Assembly: GCA_964016885.1 (NCBI GenBank)
Contig: OZ024743.1
Span: 270,940,001 to 271,004,000, forward strand
Direction: 5' to 3'
DNA length: 64,000 nucleotides
Origin: Eledone cirrhosa
Lineage: Eukaryota
How positions within the stretch are numbered: position 1 is the first letter of the stretch; every line of letters starts with the position of its first letter. Made by a program: the position numbers and the translations under genes. Shown here piece after piece: positions 48,294 through 63,200 of this stretch. Under the pieces are notes generated by a model. It did no database searches. It had not been told where the DNA came from and worked only from the letters and a program-made list of their open reading frames with translations.

Positions 48294-51200
48294 CTTGTAT
48301 TGTTGTTAACTACAGTAGTCTCGACTTTTGTATTGTTGTTAACTACAGTAGTCTCGACTTTTGTATCGTTGTTAACTACAGTAGTCTAGACTTTTGTATT
48401 GTTGTTAACAACAGTAGTCTCGACTTTTGTATTGTTGTTAACTACAGTAGTCTAGACTTTTGTATTGTTGTTAACTACAGTAGTCTCGACTTTTGTATTG
48501 TTGTTAACTACAGTAGTCTCGACTTTTGTATTGTTGTTCACTACAGTAGTCTCGACTTTTGTATTGTTGTTAACTACAGTAGTCTAGACTTTTGTATTGT
48601 TGTTAACTACAGTAGTCTCGACTTTTGTATTGTTGTTCACTACACTAGTCTCGACTTTTGTATTGTTGTTAACTACAGTAGTCTAGACTTTTGTATTGTT
48701 GTTCACTACAGTAGTCTAGACTTTTGTATTGTTGTTAACTACACTAGTTTCGACTTTTGTATTGTTGTTCACTACACTAGTCTCGACTTTTGTATTGTTG
48801 TTAACTACACTAGTCTCGACTTTTGTATTGTTGTTCACTACAGTAGTCTCGACTTTTGTATTGTTGTTAACTACAGTAGTCTCGACTTTTGTATTGTTGT
48901 TCACTACAGTAGTCTAGACTTTTGTATTGTTGTTCACTACAGTAGTCTAGACTTTTGTATTGTTGCTAACTACAGTAGTCTAGACTTTTGTATTGTTGTT
49001 AACTACAGTAGTCTCGACTTTTGTATTGTTGTTCACTACACTAGTCTCGACTTTTGTATTGTTGTTCACTACAGTAGTCTCGACTTTTGTATTGTTGTTA
49101 ACTACAGTAGTCTAGACTTTTGTATTGTTGTTCACTACAGTAGTCTCGACTTTTGTATTGTTGTTCACTACAGTAGTCTCGACTTTTGTATTGTTGTTCA
49201 CTACACTAGTCTCGACTTTTGTATTGTTGTTCACTACAGTAGTCTAGACTTGTATTGTTGTTCACTACAGTAGTCTCGACTTTTGTATTGTTGTTCACTA
49301 CAGTAGTCTAGACTTTTGTATTGTTGTTCACTACAGTAGTCTCGACTTTTGTATTGTTGTTCACTACAGTAGTCTCGACTTTTGTATTGTTGTTCACTAC
49401 ACTAGTCTCGACTTTTGTATTGTTGTTCACTACAGTAGTCTAGACTTGTATTGTTGTTCACTACAGTAGTCTCGACTTTTGTATTGTTGTTAACTACAGT
49501 AGTCTAGACTTTTGTATTGTTGTTAACTACAGTAGTCTAGACTTTTGTATTGTTGTTCACTACACTAGTCTCGACTTTTGTATTGTTGCTAACTACAGTA
49601 GTCTAGACTTTTGTATTGTTGTTAACTACAGTAGTCTAGACTTGTATTGTTGTTCACTACAGTAGTCTCGACTTTTGTATTGTTGTTAACTACAGTAGTC
49701 TAGACTTTTGTATTGTTGTTCACTACAGTAGTCTCGACTTTTGTATTGTTGTTAACTACAGTAGTCTAGACTTTTGTATTGTTGTTCACTACAGTAGTCT
49801 AGACTTGTATTGTTGTTCACTACAGTAGTCTAGACTTTTGTATTGTTGTTCACTACACTAGTCTCGACTTTTGTATTGTTGTTAACTACAGTAGTCTCGA
49901 CTTTTGTATTGTTGTTCACTACAGTAGTCTCGACTTTTGTATTGTTGTTCACTACACTAGTCTCGACTTTTGTATTGTTGTTCACTACAGTAGTCTAGAC
50001 TTTTGTATTGTTGTTAACTACAGTAGTCTAGACTTTTGTATTGTTGTTAACTACAGTAGTCTGGACTTTTGTATTGTTGTTAACTACACTAGTCTCGACT
50101 TTTGTATTGTTGTTCACTACACTAGTCTCGACTTTTGTATTGTTGTTCACTACACTAGTCTTGACTTTTGTATTGTTGTTAACTACAGTAGTTTCGACTT
50201 TTGTATCATTGTTAACTACAGTAGTCTCAACTTTTGTATTGTTGTTAACTACACTAGTTTCGACTTTTGTATTGTTGTTCACTACAGTAGTCTCGACTTT
50301 TGTATTGTTGTTAACTACAGTAGTCTAGACTTTTGTATTGTTGTTAACTACAGTAGTCTAGACTTTTGTATTGTTGTTCACTACAGTAGTCTAGACTTTT
50401 GTATCGTTGTTCACTACAGTAGTCTCGACTTTTGTATTGTTGTTCACTACAGTAGTCTAGACTTTTGTATTGTTGTTCACTACAGTAGTCTCGACTTTTG
50501 TATTGTTGTTCACTACACTAGTTTCGACTTTTGTATTGTTGTTAACTACAGTAGTCTCGACTTTTGTATTGTTGTTAACTACACTAGTTTCGACTTTTGT
50601 ATTGTTGTTAACTACAGTAGTCTCGACTTTTGTATTGTTGTTAACTACACTAGTCTCGACTTTTGTATTGTTGTTAACTACAGTAGTCTCGACTTTTGTA
50701 TCGTTGTTCACTACACTAGTCTCGACTTTTGTATTGTTGTTAACTACAGTAGTCTAGACTTTTGTATTGTTGTTAACTACAGTAGTCTAGACTTTTGTAT
50801 TGTTGTTCACTACAGTAGTCTCGACTTTTGTATTGTTGTTCACTACAGTAGTCTCGACTTTTGTATTGTTGTTCACTACAGTAGTCTCGACTTTTGTATT
50901 GTTGTTAACTACACTAGTCTCGACTTTTGTATTGTTGCTAACTACAGTAGTCTCGACTTTTGTATTGTTGTTAACTACACTAGTCTCGACTTTTGTATTG
51001 TTGTTAACTACACTAGTCTCGACTTTTGTATTGTTGTTAACTACAGTAGTCTCGACTTTTGTATTGTTGTTAACTACAGTAGTCTAGACTTTTGTATTGT
51101 TGTTAACTACAGTAGTCTCGACTTTTGTATTGTTGTTAACTACAGTAGTCTCGACTTTTGTATTGTTGTTAACTACAGTAGTCTAGACTTTTGTATTGTT

Positions 51201-54200
51201 GTTAACTACAGTAGTCTAGACTTTTGTATTGTTGTTAACTACAGTAGTCTAGACTTTTGTATTGTTATTCACTACAGTAGTCTCGACTTTTGTATTGTTG
51301 TTAACTACACTAGTCTCGACTTTTGTATTGTTGTTAACTACAGTAGTCTCGACTTTTGTATTGTTGTTAACTACAGTAGTCTCGACTTTTGTATTGTTGT
51401 TAACTACAGTAGTCTAGACTTTTGTATTGTTGTTAACTACAGTAGTCTCGACTTTTGTATTGTTGTTCACTACACTAGTCTCGACTTTTGTATTGTTGTT
51501 AACTACAGTAGTCTCGACTTTTGTATTGTTGTTCACTACACTAGTCTCGACTTTTGTATTGTTGTTAACTACAGTAGTCTCGACTTTTGTATTGTTGTTC
51601 ACTACACTAGTCTCGACTTTTGTATCGTTGTTAACTACAGTAGTCTAGACTTTTGTATCGTTGTTAACTACAGTAGTCTAGACTTTTGTATTGTTGTTAA
51701 CTACAGTAATCTCGACTTTTGTATTGTTGTTAACTACACTAGTCTCGACTTTTGTATTGTTGTTCACTACACTAGTCTCGACTTTTGTATTGTTGTTAAC
51801 TACAGTGGTCTCGACTTTTGTATCGTTGTTAACTACAGTAGTCTCGACTTTTGTATTGTTAACTACACTAGTCTCGACTTTTGTATTGTTGTTAACTACA
51901 GTAGTCTCGACTTTTGTATCGTTGTTCACTACACTAGTCTCGACTTTTGTATTGTTGTTAACTACAGTAGTCTCGACTTTTGTATTGTTGTTCACTACAG
52001 TAGTCTCGACTTTTGTATTGTTGTTAACTACAGTAGTCTCGACTTTTGTATTGTTGTTAACTACAGTAGTCTCGACTTTTGTATTGTTGTTCACTACAGT
52101 AGTCTCGACTTTTGTATTGTTGTTCACTACACTAGTCTCGACTTTTGTATTGTTGTTAACTACAGTAGTCTCGACTTTTGTATTGTTGTTAACTACAGTA
52201 GTCTCGACTTTTGTATTGTTGTTAACTACAGTAGTCTCGACTTTTGTATTGTTGTTCACTACAGTAGTCTCGACTTTTGTATTGTTGTTCACTACACTAG
52301 TCTCGACTTTTGTATTGTTGTTCACTACAGTAGTCTAGACTTGTATTGTTGTTCACTACAGTAGTCTCGACTTTTGTATTGTTGTTAACTACAGTAGTCT
52401 AGACTTTTGTATTGTTGTTAACTACAGTAATCTCGACTTTTGTATTGTTGTTCACTACAGTAGTCTCGACTTTTGTATTGTTGTTAACTACAGTAGTCTC
52501 GACTTTTGTATTGTTGTTAACTACAGTAGTCTAGACTTTTGTATTGTTGTTCACTACAGTAGTCTCGACTTTTGTATTGTTGTTCACTACAGTAGTCTCG
52601 ACTTTTGTATTGTTGTTCACTACACTAGTCTCGACTTTTGTATTGTTGTTCACTACAGTAGTCTAGACTTGTATTGTTGTTCACTACAGTAGTCTCGACT
52701 TTTGTATTGTTGTTAACTACAGTAGTCTAGACTTTTGTATTGTTGTTAACTACAGTAGTCTAGACTTTTGTATTGTTGTTCACTACACTAGTCTCGACTT
52801 TTGTATTGTTGCTAACTACAGTAGTCTAGACTTTTGTATTGTTGTTAACTACAGTAGTCTAGACTTGTATTGTTGTTCACTACAGTAGTCTCGACTTTTG
52901 TATTGTTGTTAACTACAGTAGTCTAGACTTTTGTATTGTTGTTCACTACACTAGTCTCGACTTTTGTATTGTTGCTAACTACAGTAGTCTAGACTTTTGT
53001 ATTGTTGTTCACTACAGTAGTCTAGACTTTTGTATTGTTGTTCACTACAGTAGTCTCGACTTTTGTATTGTTGTTCACTACAGTAGTCTCGACTTTTGTA
53101 TTGTTGTTCACTACACTAGTCTCGACTTTTGTATTGTTGTTCACTACAGTAGTCTAGACTTGTATTGTTGTTCACTACAGTAGTCTCGACTTTTGTATTG
53201 TTGTTAACTACAGTAGTCTAGACTTTTGTATTGTTGTTCACTACAGTAGTCTAGACTTGTATTGTTGTTCACTACAGTAGTCTAGACTTTTGTATTGTTG
53301 TTCACTACACTAGTCTCGACTTTTGTATTGTTGTTAACTACAGTAGTCTCGACTTTTGTATTGTTGTTCACTACAGTAGTCTCGACTTTTGTATTGTTGT
53401 TCACTACACTAGTCTCGACTTTTGTATTGTTGTTCACTACAGTAGTCTAGACTTTTGTATTGTTGTTAACTACAGTAGTCTAGACTTTTGTATTGTTGTT
53501 AACTACAGTAGTCTGGACTTTTGTATTGTTGTTAACTACACTAGTCTCGACTTTTGTATTGTTGTTCACTACACTAGTCTCGACTTTTGTATTGTTGTTC
53601 ACTACACTAGTCTTGACTTTTGTATTGTTGTTAACTACAGTAGTTTCGACTTTTGTATCATTGTTAACTACAGTAGTCTCAACTTTTGTATTGTTGTTAA
53701 CTACACTAGTTTCGACTTTTGTATTGTTGTTCACTACAGTAGTCTCGACTTTTGTATTGTTGTTAACTACAGTAGTCTAGACTTTTGTATTGTTGTTAAC
53801 TACAGTAGTCTAGACTTTTGTATTGTTGTTCACTACAGTAGTCTAGACTTTTGTATCGTTGTTCACTACAGTAGTCTCGACTTTTGTATTGTTGTTCACT
53901 ACAGTAGTCTAGACTTTTGTATTGTTGTTCACTACAGTAGTCTCGACTTTTGTATTGTTGTTCACTACACTAGTTTCGACTTTTGTATTGTTGTTAACTA
54001 CAGTAGTCTCGACTTTTGTATTGTTGTTAACTACACTAGTTTCGACTTTTGTATTGTTGTTAACTACAGTAGTCTCGACTTTTGTATTGTTGTTAACTAC
54101 ACTAGTCTCGACTTTTGTATTGTTGTTAACTACAGTAGTCTCGACTTTTGTATCGTTGTTCACTACACTAGTCTCGACTTTTGTATTGTTGTTAACTACA

Positions 54201-57200
54201 GTAGTCTAGACTTTTGTATTGTTGTTAACTACAGTAGTCTAGACTTTTGTATTGTTGTTCACTACAGTAGTCTCGACTTTTGTATTGTTGTTCACTACAG
54301 TAGTCTCGACTTTTGTATTGTTGTTCACTACAGTAGTCTCGACTTTTGTATTGTTGTTAACTACACTAGTCTCGACTTTTGTATTGTTGCTAACTACAGT
54401 AGTCTCGACTTTTGTATTGTTGTTAACTACACTAGTCTCGACTTTTGTATTGTTGTTAACTACACTAGTCTCGACTTTTGTATTGTTGTTAACTACAGTA
54501 GTCTCGACTTTTGTATTGTTGTTAACTACAGTAGTCTAGACTTTTGTATTGTTGTTAACTACAGTAGTCTCGACTTTTGTATTGTTGTTAACTACAGTAG
54601 TCTCGACTTTTGTATTGTTGTTAACTACAGTAGTCTAGACTTTTGTATTGTTGTTAACTACAGTAGTCTAGACTTTTGTATTGTTGTTAACTACAGTAGT
54701 CTAGACTTTTGTATTGTTATTCACTACAGTAGTCTCGACTTTTGTATTGTTGTTAACTACACTAGTCTCGACTTTTGTATTGTTGTTAACTACAGTAGTC
54801 TCGACTTTTGTATTGTTGTTAACTACAGTAGTCTCGACTTTTGTATTGTTGTTAACTACAGTAGTCTAGACTTTTGTATTGTTGTTAACTACAGTAGTCT
54901 CGACTTTTGTATTGTTGTTCACTACACTAGTCTCGACTTTTGTATTGTTGTTAACTACAGTAGTCTCGACTTTTGTATTGTTGTTCACTACACTAGTCTC
55001 GACTTTTGTATTGTTGTTAACTACAGTAGTCTAGACTTTTGTATTGTTGTTAACTACAGTAATCTCGACTTTTGTATTGTTGTTAACTACACTAGTCTCG
55101 ACTTTTGTATTGTTGTTCACTACACTAGTCTCGACTTTTGTATTGTTGTTAACTACAGTGGTCTCGACTTTTGTATCGTTGTTAACTACAGTAGTCTCGA
55201 CTTTTGTATTGTTAACTACACTAGTCTCGACTTTTGTATTGTTGTTAACTACAGTAGTCTCGACTTTTGTATCGTTGTTCACTACACTAGTCTCGACTTT
55301 TGTATTGTTGTTAACTACAGTAGTCTCGACTTTTGTATTGTTGTTCACTACAGTAGTCTCGACTTTTGTATTGTTGTTAACTACAGTAGTCTCGACTTTT
55401 GTATTGTTGTTAACTACAGTAGTCTCGACTTTTGTATTGTTGTTCACTACACTAGTCTCGACTTTTGTATTGTTGTTCACTACAGTAGTCTAGACTTTTG
55501 TATTGTTAACTACACTATTCTCGACTTTTGTATTGTTGTTCACTACAGTAGTCTCGACTTTTGTATTGTTGTTCACTACAGTAGTCTAGACTTTTGTATT
55601 GTTGTTAACTACAGTAGTCTCGACTTTTGTATTGTTGTTCACTACACTAGTCTCGACTTTTGTATTGTTGTTCACTACAGTAGTCTAGACTTTTGTATTG
55701 TTAACTACACTATTCTCGACTTTTGTATTGTTGTTAACTACAGTAGTCTAGACTTTTGTATTGTTGTTAACTACAGTAGTCTCGACTTTTGTATTGTTGT
55801 TAACTACAGTAGTCTCGACTTTTGTATTGTTAACTACACTAGTCTCGACTTTTGTATTGTTGTTAACTACAGTAGTCTCGACTTTTGTATCGTTGTTCAC
55901 TACACTAGTCTCGACTTTTGTATTGTTGTTAACTACAGTAGTCTCGACTTTTGTATTGTTGTTAACTACAGTAGTCTCGACTTTTGTATTGTTGTTAACT
56001 ACAGTAGTCTCGACTTTTGTATCGTTGTTAACTACAGTAGTCTCGACTTTTGTATTGTTGTTAACTACAGTAGTCTAGACTTTTGTATTGTTGTTAACTA
56101 CAGTAGTCTCGACTTTTGTATTGTTGTTAACTACACTAGTCTCGACTTTTGTATTGTTGTTCACTACAGTAGTCTCGACTTTTGTATTGTTGCTAACTAC
56201 AGTAGTCTAGACTTTTGTATTGTTAACTACAGTAGTCTAGACTTTTGTATTGTTGTTAACTACAGTAGTCTCGACTTTTGTATTGTTGTTCACTACAGTA
56301 GTCTCGACTTTTGTATTGTTGTTAACTACAGTAGTCTCGACTTTTGTATTGTTGTTAACTACAGTAGTCTCGACTTTTGTATTGTTGTTCACTACAGTAG
56401 TCTCGACTTTTGTATTGTTGTTAACTACACTAGTCTCGACTTTTGTATTGTTGTTCACTACAGTAGTCTCGACTTTTGTATTGTTGTTCACTACACTAGT
56501 CTAGACTTTTGTATTGTTGTTCACTACAGTAGTCTAGACTTGTATTGTTGTTCACTACAGTAGTCTAGACTTTTGTATTGTTGCTAACTACAGTAGTCTC
56601 GACTTTTGTATTGTTGTTAACTACACTAGTCTCGACTTTTGTATTGTTTTTCACTACACTAGTCTCGACTTTTGTATTGTTGTTAACTACAGTAGTCTCG
56701 ACTTTTGTATTGTTGTTAACTACAGTAGTCTCGACTTTTGTATTGTTGTTCACTACAGTAGTCTAGACTTTTGTATTGTTGCTAACTACAGTAGTCTAGA
56801 CTTTTGTATTGTTGTTAACTACAGTAGTCTCGACTTTTGTATTGTTGTTAACTACAGTAGTCTCGACTTTTGTATTGTTGTTAACTACAGTAGTCTCGAC
56901 TTTTGTATTGTTGCTAACTACAGTAGTCTAGACTTTTGTATTGTTGTTCACTACAGTAGTCGACTTTTGTATTGTTGTTCACTACAGTAGTCGACTTTTG
57001 TATTGTTGTTCACTACACTAGTCTCGACTTTTGTATTGTTGCTAACTACAGTAGTCTAGACTTTTATATTGTTGTTCACTACAGTAGTCTCGACTTTTGT
57101 ATTGTTGTTCACTACACTAGTCTCGACTTTTGTATTGTTGTTAACTACAGTAGTCTCGACTTTTGTATTGTTGCTAACTACAGTAGTCTAGACTTTTGTA

Positions 57201-60200
57201 TTGTTGTTCACTACAGTAGTCTCGACTTTTGTATTGTTGTTCACTACACTAGTCTCGACTTTTGTATTGTTGTTAACTACAGTAGTCTCGACTTTTGTAT
57301 TGTTGTTAACTACAGTAGTCTCGACTTTTGTATTGTTGTTCACTACAGTAGTCTCGACTTTTGTATTGTTGTTCACTACACTAGTCTCGACTTTTGTATT
57401 GTTGTTAACTACAGTAGTCTCGACTTTTGTATTGTTGTTCACTACAGTAGTCTCGACTTTTGTATTGTTGTTAACTACAGTAGTCTCGACTTTTGTATTG
57501 TTGTTAACTACAGTAGTCTCGACTTTTGTATTGTTGTTCACTACACTAGTCTCGACTTTTGTATTGTTGTTCACTACACTAGTCTTGACTTTTGTATTGT
57601 TGTTAACTACAGTAGTCTCGACTTTTGTATCATTGTTAACTACAGTAGTCTCAACTTTTGTATTGTTGTTAACTACACTAGTTTCGACTTTTGTATTGTT
57701 GTTCACTACAGTAGTCTCGACTTTTGTATTGTTGTTAACTACAGTAGTCTAGACTTTTGTATTGTTGTTAACTACAGTAGTCTAGACTTTTGTATTGTTG
57801 TTCACTACAGTAGTCTAGACTTTTGTATCGTTGTTCACTACAGTAGTCTCGACTTTTGTATTGTTGTTCACTACAGTAGTCTAGACTTTTGTATTGTTGT
57901 TCACTACAGTAGTCTCGACTTTTGTATTGTTGTTCACTACACTAGTTTCGACTTTTGTATTGTTGTTCACTACAGTAGTCTCGACTTTTGTATTGTTGTT
58001 AACTACACTAGTCTCGACTTTTGTATTGTTGTTAACTACAGTAGTCTCGACTTTTGTATCGTTGTTCACTACACTAGTCTCGACTTTTGTATTGTTGTTA
58101 ACTACAGTAGTCTAGACTTTTGTATTGTTGTTAACTACAGTAGTCTAGACTTTTGTATTGTTGTTCACTACAGTAGTCTCGACTTTTGTATTTTTGTTCA
58201 CTACAGTAGTCTCGACTTTTGTATTGTTGTTCACTACAGTAGTCTCGACTTTTGTATTGTTGTTAACTACACTAGTCTCGACTTTTGTATTGTTGCTAAC
58301 TACAGTAGTCTCGACTTTTGTATTGTTGTTAACTACACTAGTCTCGACTTTTGTATTGTTGTTAACTACAGTAGTCTCGACTTTTGTATTGTTGTTAACT
58401 ACAGTAGTCTCGACTTTTGTATTGTTGTTAACTACAGTAGTCTAGACTTTTGTATTGTTGTTAACTACAGTAGTCTCGACTTTTGTATTGTTGTTAACTA
58501 CAGTAGTCTCGACTTTTGTATTGTTGTTAACTACAGTAGTCTAGACTTTTGTATTGTTGTTAACTACAGTAGTCTAGACTTTTGTATTGTTGTTCACTAC
58601 AGTAGTCTAGACTTTTGTATTGTTGTTAACTACAGTAGTCTCGACTTTTGTATTGTTGTTAACTACACTAGTCTCGACTTTTGTATTGTTGTTAACTACA
58701 GTAGTCTCGACTTTTGTATTGTTGTTAACTACAGTAGTCTAGACTTTTGTATTGTTGTTAACTACAGTAGTCTCGACTTTTGTATTGTTGTTCACTACAC
58801 TAGTCTCGACTTTTGTATTGTTGTTAACTACAGTAGTCTCGACTTTTGTATTGTTGTTCACTACACTAGTCTCGACTTTTGTATTGTTGTTAACTACAGT
58901 AGTCTAGACTTTTGTATTGTTGTTAACTACAGTAATCTCGACTTTTGTATTGTTGTTAACTACACTAGTCTCGACTTTTGTATTGTTGTTCACTACACTA
59001 GTCTCGACTTTTGTATTGTTGTTAACTACAGTGGTCTCGACTTTTGTATCGTTGTTAACTACAGTAGTCTCGACTTTTGTATTGTTAACTACACTAGTCT
59101 CGACTTTTGTATTGTTGTTAACTACAGTAGTCTCGACTTTTGTATCGTTGTTCACTACACTAGTCTCGACTTTTGTATTGTTGTTAACTACAGTAGTCTC
59201 GACTTTTGTATTGTTGTTCACTACAGTAGTCTCGACTTTTGTATTGTTGTTAACTACAGTAGTCTCGACTTTTGTATTGTTGTTAACTACAGTAGTCTCG
59301 ACTTTTGTATTGTTGTTCACTACACTAGTCTCGACTTTTGTATTGTTGTTCACTACAGTAGTCTAGACTTTTGTATTGTTAACTACACTATTCTCGACTT
59401 TTGTATTGTTGTTCACTACAGTAGTCTCGACTTTTGTATTGTTGTTCACTACAGTAGTCTAGACTTATGTATTGTTGTTAACTACAGTAGTCTCGACTTT
59501 TGTATTGTTGTTCACTACACTAGTCTCGACTTTTGTATTGTTGTTCACTACAGTAGTCTAGACTTTTGTATTGTTAACTACACTATTCTCGACTTTTGTA
59601 TTGTTGTTAACTACAGTAGTCTAGACTTTTGTATTGTTGTTAACTACAGTAGTCTCGACTTTTGTATTGTTGTTAACTACAGTAGTCTCGACTTTTGTAT
59701 TGTTAACTACACTAGTCTCGACTTTTGTATTGTTGTTAACTACAGTAGTCTCGACTTTTGTATCGTTGTTCACTACACTAGTCTCGATTTTTGTATTGTT
59801 GTTAACTACAGTAGTCTCGACTTTTGTATTGTTGTTAACTACAGTAGTCTCGACTTTTGTATTGTTGTTAACTACAGTAGTCTCGACTTTTGTATCGTTG
59901 TTAACTACAGTAGTCTCGACTTTTGTATTGTTGTTAACTACAGTAGTCTAGACTTTTGTATTGTTAACTACAGTAGTCTCGACTTTTGTATTGTTGTTAA
60001 CTACACTAGTCTCGACTTTTGTATTGTTGTTCACTACAGTAGTCTCGACTTTTGTATTGTTGCTAACTACAGTAGTCTAGACTTTTGTATTGTTAACTAC
60101 AGTAGTCTAGACTTTTGTATTGTTGTTAACTACAGTAGTCTCGACTTTTGTATTGTTGTTCACTACAGTAGTCTCGACTTTTGTATTGTTGTTAACTACA

Positions 60201-63200
60201 GTAGTCTCGACTTTTGTATTGTTGTTAACTACAGTAGTCTCGACTTTTGTATTGTTGTTCACTACAGTAGTCTCGACTTTTGTATTGTTGTTAACTACAG
60301 TAGTCTAGACTTTTGTATTGTTGTTAACTACAGTAGTCTAGACTTTTGTATTGTTGTTCACTACAGTAGTCTAGACTTTTGTATTGTTGTTAACTACAGT
60401 AGTCTCGACTTTTGTATTGTTGTTAACTACACTAGTCTCGACTTTTGTATTGTTGTTAACTACAGTAGTCTCGACTTTTGTATTGTTGTTAACTACAGTA
60501 GTCTAGACTTTTGTATTGTTGTTAACTACAGTAGTCTCGACTTTTGTATTGTTGTTCACTACACTAGTCTCGACTTTTGTATTGTTGTTAACTACAGTAG
60601 TCTCGACTTTTGTATTGTTGTTCACTACACTAGTCTCGACTTTTGTATTGTTGTTAACTACAGTAGTCTCGACTTTTGTATTGTTGTTAACTACACTAGT
60701 CTCGACTTTTGTATTGTTGTTCACTACACTAGTCTCGACTTTTGTATTGTTGTTAACTACAGTGGTCTCGACTTTTGTATCGTTGTTAACTACAGTAGTC
60801 TCGACTTTTGTATTGTTAACTACACTAGTCTCGACTTTTGTATTGTTGTTAACTACAGTAGTCTCGACTTTTGTATCGTTGTTCACTACACTAGTCTCGA
60901 CTTTTGTATTGTTGTTAACTACAGTAGTCTCGACTTTTGTATTGTTGTTCACTACAGTAGTCTCGACTTTTGTATTGTTGTTAACTACAGTAGTCTCGAC
61001 TTTTGTATTGTTGTTAACTACAGTAGTCTCGACTTTTGTATTGTTGTTCACTACACTAGTCTCGACTTTTGTATTGTTGTTCACTACAGTAGTCTAGACT
61101 TTTGTATTGTTAACTACACTATTCTCGACTTTTGTATTGTTGTTCACTACAGTAGTCTCGACTTTTGTATTGTTGTTCACTACAGTAGTCTAGACTTATG
61201 TATTGTTGTTAACTACAGTAGTCTCGACTTTTGTATTGTTGTTCACTACACTAGTCTCGACTTTTGTATTGTTGTTCACTACAGTAGTCTAGACTTTTGT
61301 ATTGTTAACTACACTATTCTCGACTTTTGTATTGTTGTTAACTACAGTAGTCTAGACTTTTGTATTGTTGTTAACTACAGTAGTCTCGACTTTTGTATTG
61401 TTGTTAACTACAGTAGTCTCGACTTTTGTATTGTTGTTAACTACAGTAGTCTAGACTTTTGTATTGTTGTTAACTACAGTAGTCTAGACTTTTGTATTGT
61501 TGTTCACTACAGTAGTCTAGACTTTTGTATTGTTGTTAACTACAGTAGTCTCGACTTTTGTATTGTTGTTAACTACACTAGTCTCGACTTTTGTATTGTT
61601 GTTAACTACAGTAGTCTCGACTTTTGTATTGTTGTTAACTACAGTAGTCTAGACTTTTGTATTGTTGTTAACTACAGTAGTCTCGACTTTTGTATTGTTG
61701 TTCACTACACTAGTCTCGACTTTTGTATTGTTGTTAACTACAGTAGTCTCGACTTTTGTATCGTTGTTAACTACAGTAGTCTCGACTTTTGTATTGTTAA
61801 CTACACTAGTCTCGACTTTTGTATTGTTGTTAACTACAGTAGTCTAGACTTTTGTATTGTTGTTAACTACAGTAGTCTAGACTTTTGTATTGTTGTTAAC
61901 TACAGTAGTCTAGACTTTTGTATTGTTGTTAACTACAGTAGTCTCGACTTTTGTATTGTTGTTAACTACAGTAGTCTCGACTTTTGTATCGTTGTTAACT
62001 ACAGTAGTCTCGACTTTTGTATTGTTAACTACACTAGTCTCGACTTTTGTATTGTTGTTAACTACAGTAGTCTAGACTTTTGTATTGTTGTTAACTACAG
62101 TAGTCTAGACTTTTGTATTGTTGTTAACTACAGTAGTCTAGACTTTTGTATTGTTGTTAACTACAGTAGTCTCGACTTTTGTATTGTTGTTAACTACAGT
62201 AGTCTAGACTTTTGTATTGTTGTTAACTACAGTAGTCTCGACTTTTGTATTGTTGTTCACTACACTAGTCTCGACTTTTGTATTGTTGTTAACTACAGTA
62301 GTCTCGACTTTTGTATCGTTGTTAACTACAGTAGTCTCGACTTTTGTATTGTTAACTACACTAGTCTCGACTTTTGTATCGTTGTTCACTACACTAGTCT
62401 CGACTTTTGTATTGTTGTTAACTACAGTAGTCTAGACTTTTGTATTGTTGTTAACTACAGTAATCTCGACTTTTGTATTGTTGTTAACTACACTAGTCTC
62501 GACTTTTGTATTGTTGTTCACTACACTAGTCTCGACTTTTGTATTGTTAACTACAGTGGTCTCGACTTTTGTATCGTTGTTAACTACAGTAGTCTCGACT
62601 TTTGTATTGTTAACTACACTAGTCTCGACTTTTGTATTGTTGTTAACTACAGTAGTCTCGACTTTTGTATCGTTGTTCACTACACTAGTCTCGACTTTTG
62701 TATTGTTGTTAACTACAGTAGTCTCGACTTTTGTATTGTTGTTCACTACAGTAGTCTCGACTTTTGTATTGTTGTTAACTACAGTAGTCTCGACTTTTGT
62801 ATTGTTGTTAACTACAGTAGTCTCGACTTTTGTATTGTTGTTCACTACACTAGTCTCGACTTTTGTATTGTTGTTCACTACAGTAGTCTAGACTTTTGTA
62901 TTGTTAACTACACTATTCTCGACTTTTGTATTGTTGTTCACTACAGTAGTCTCGACTTTTGTATTGTTGTTCACTACAGTAGTCTAGACTTATGTATTGT
63001 TGTTAACTACAGTAGTCTCGACTTTTGTATTGTTGTTCACTACACTAGTCTCGACTTTTGTATTGTTGTTCACTACAGTAGTCTAGACTTTTGTATTGTT
63101 AACTACACTATTCTCGACTTTTGTATTGTTGTTAACTACAGTAGTCTCGACTTTTGTATTGTTGTTAACTACAGTAGTCTCGACTTTTGTATTGTTGTTA

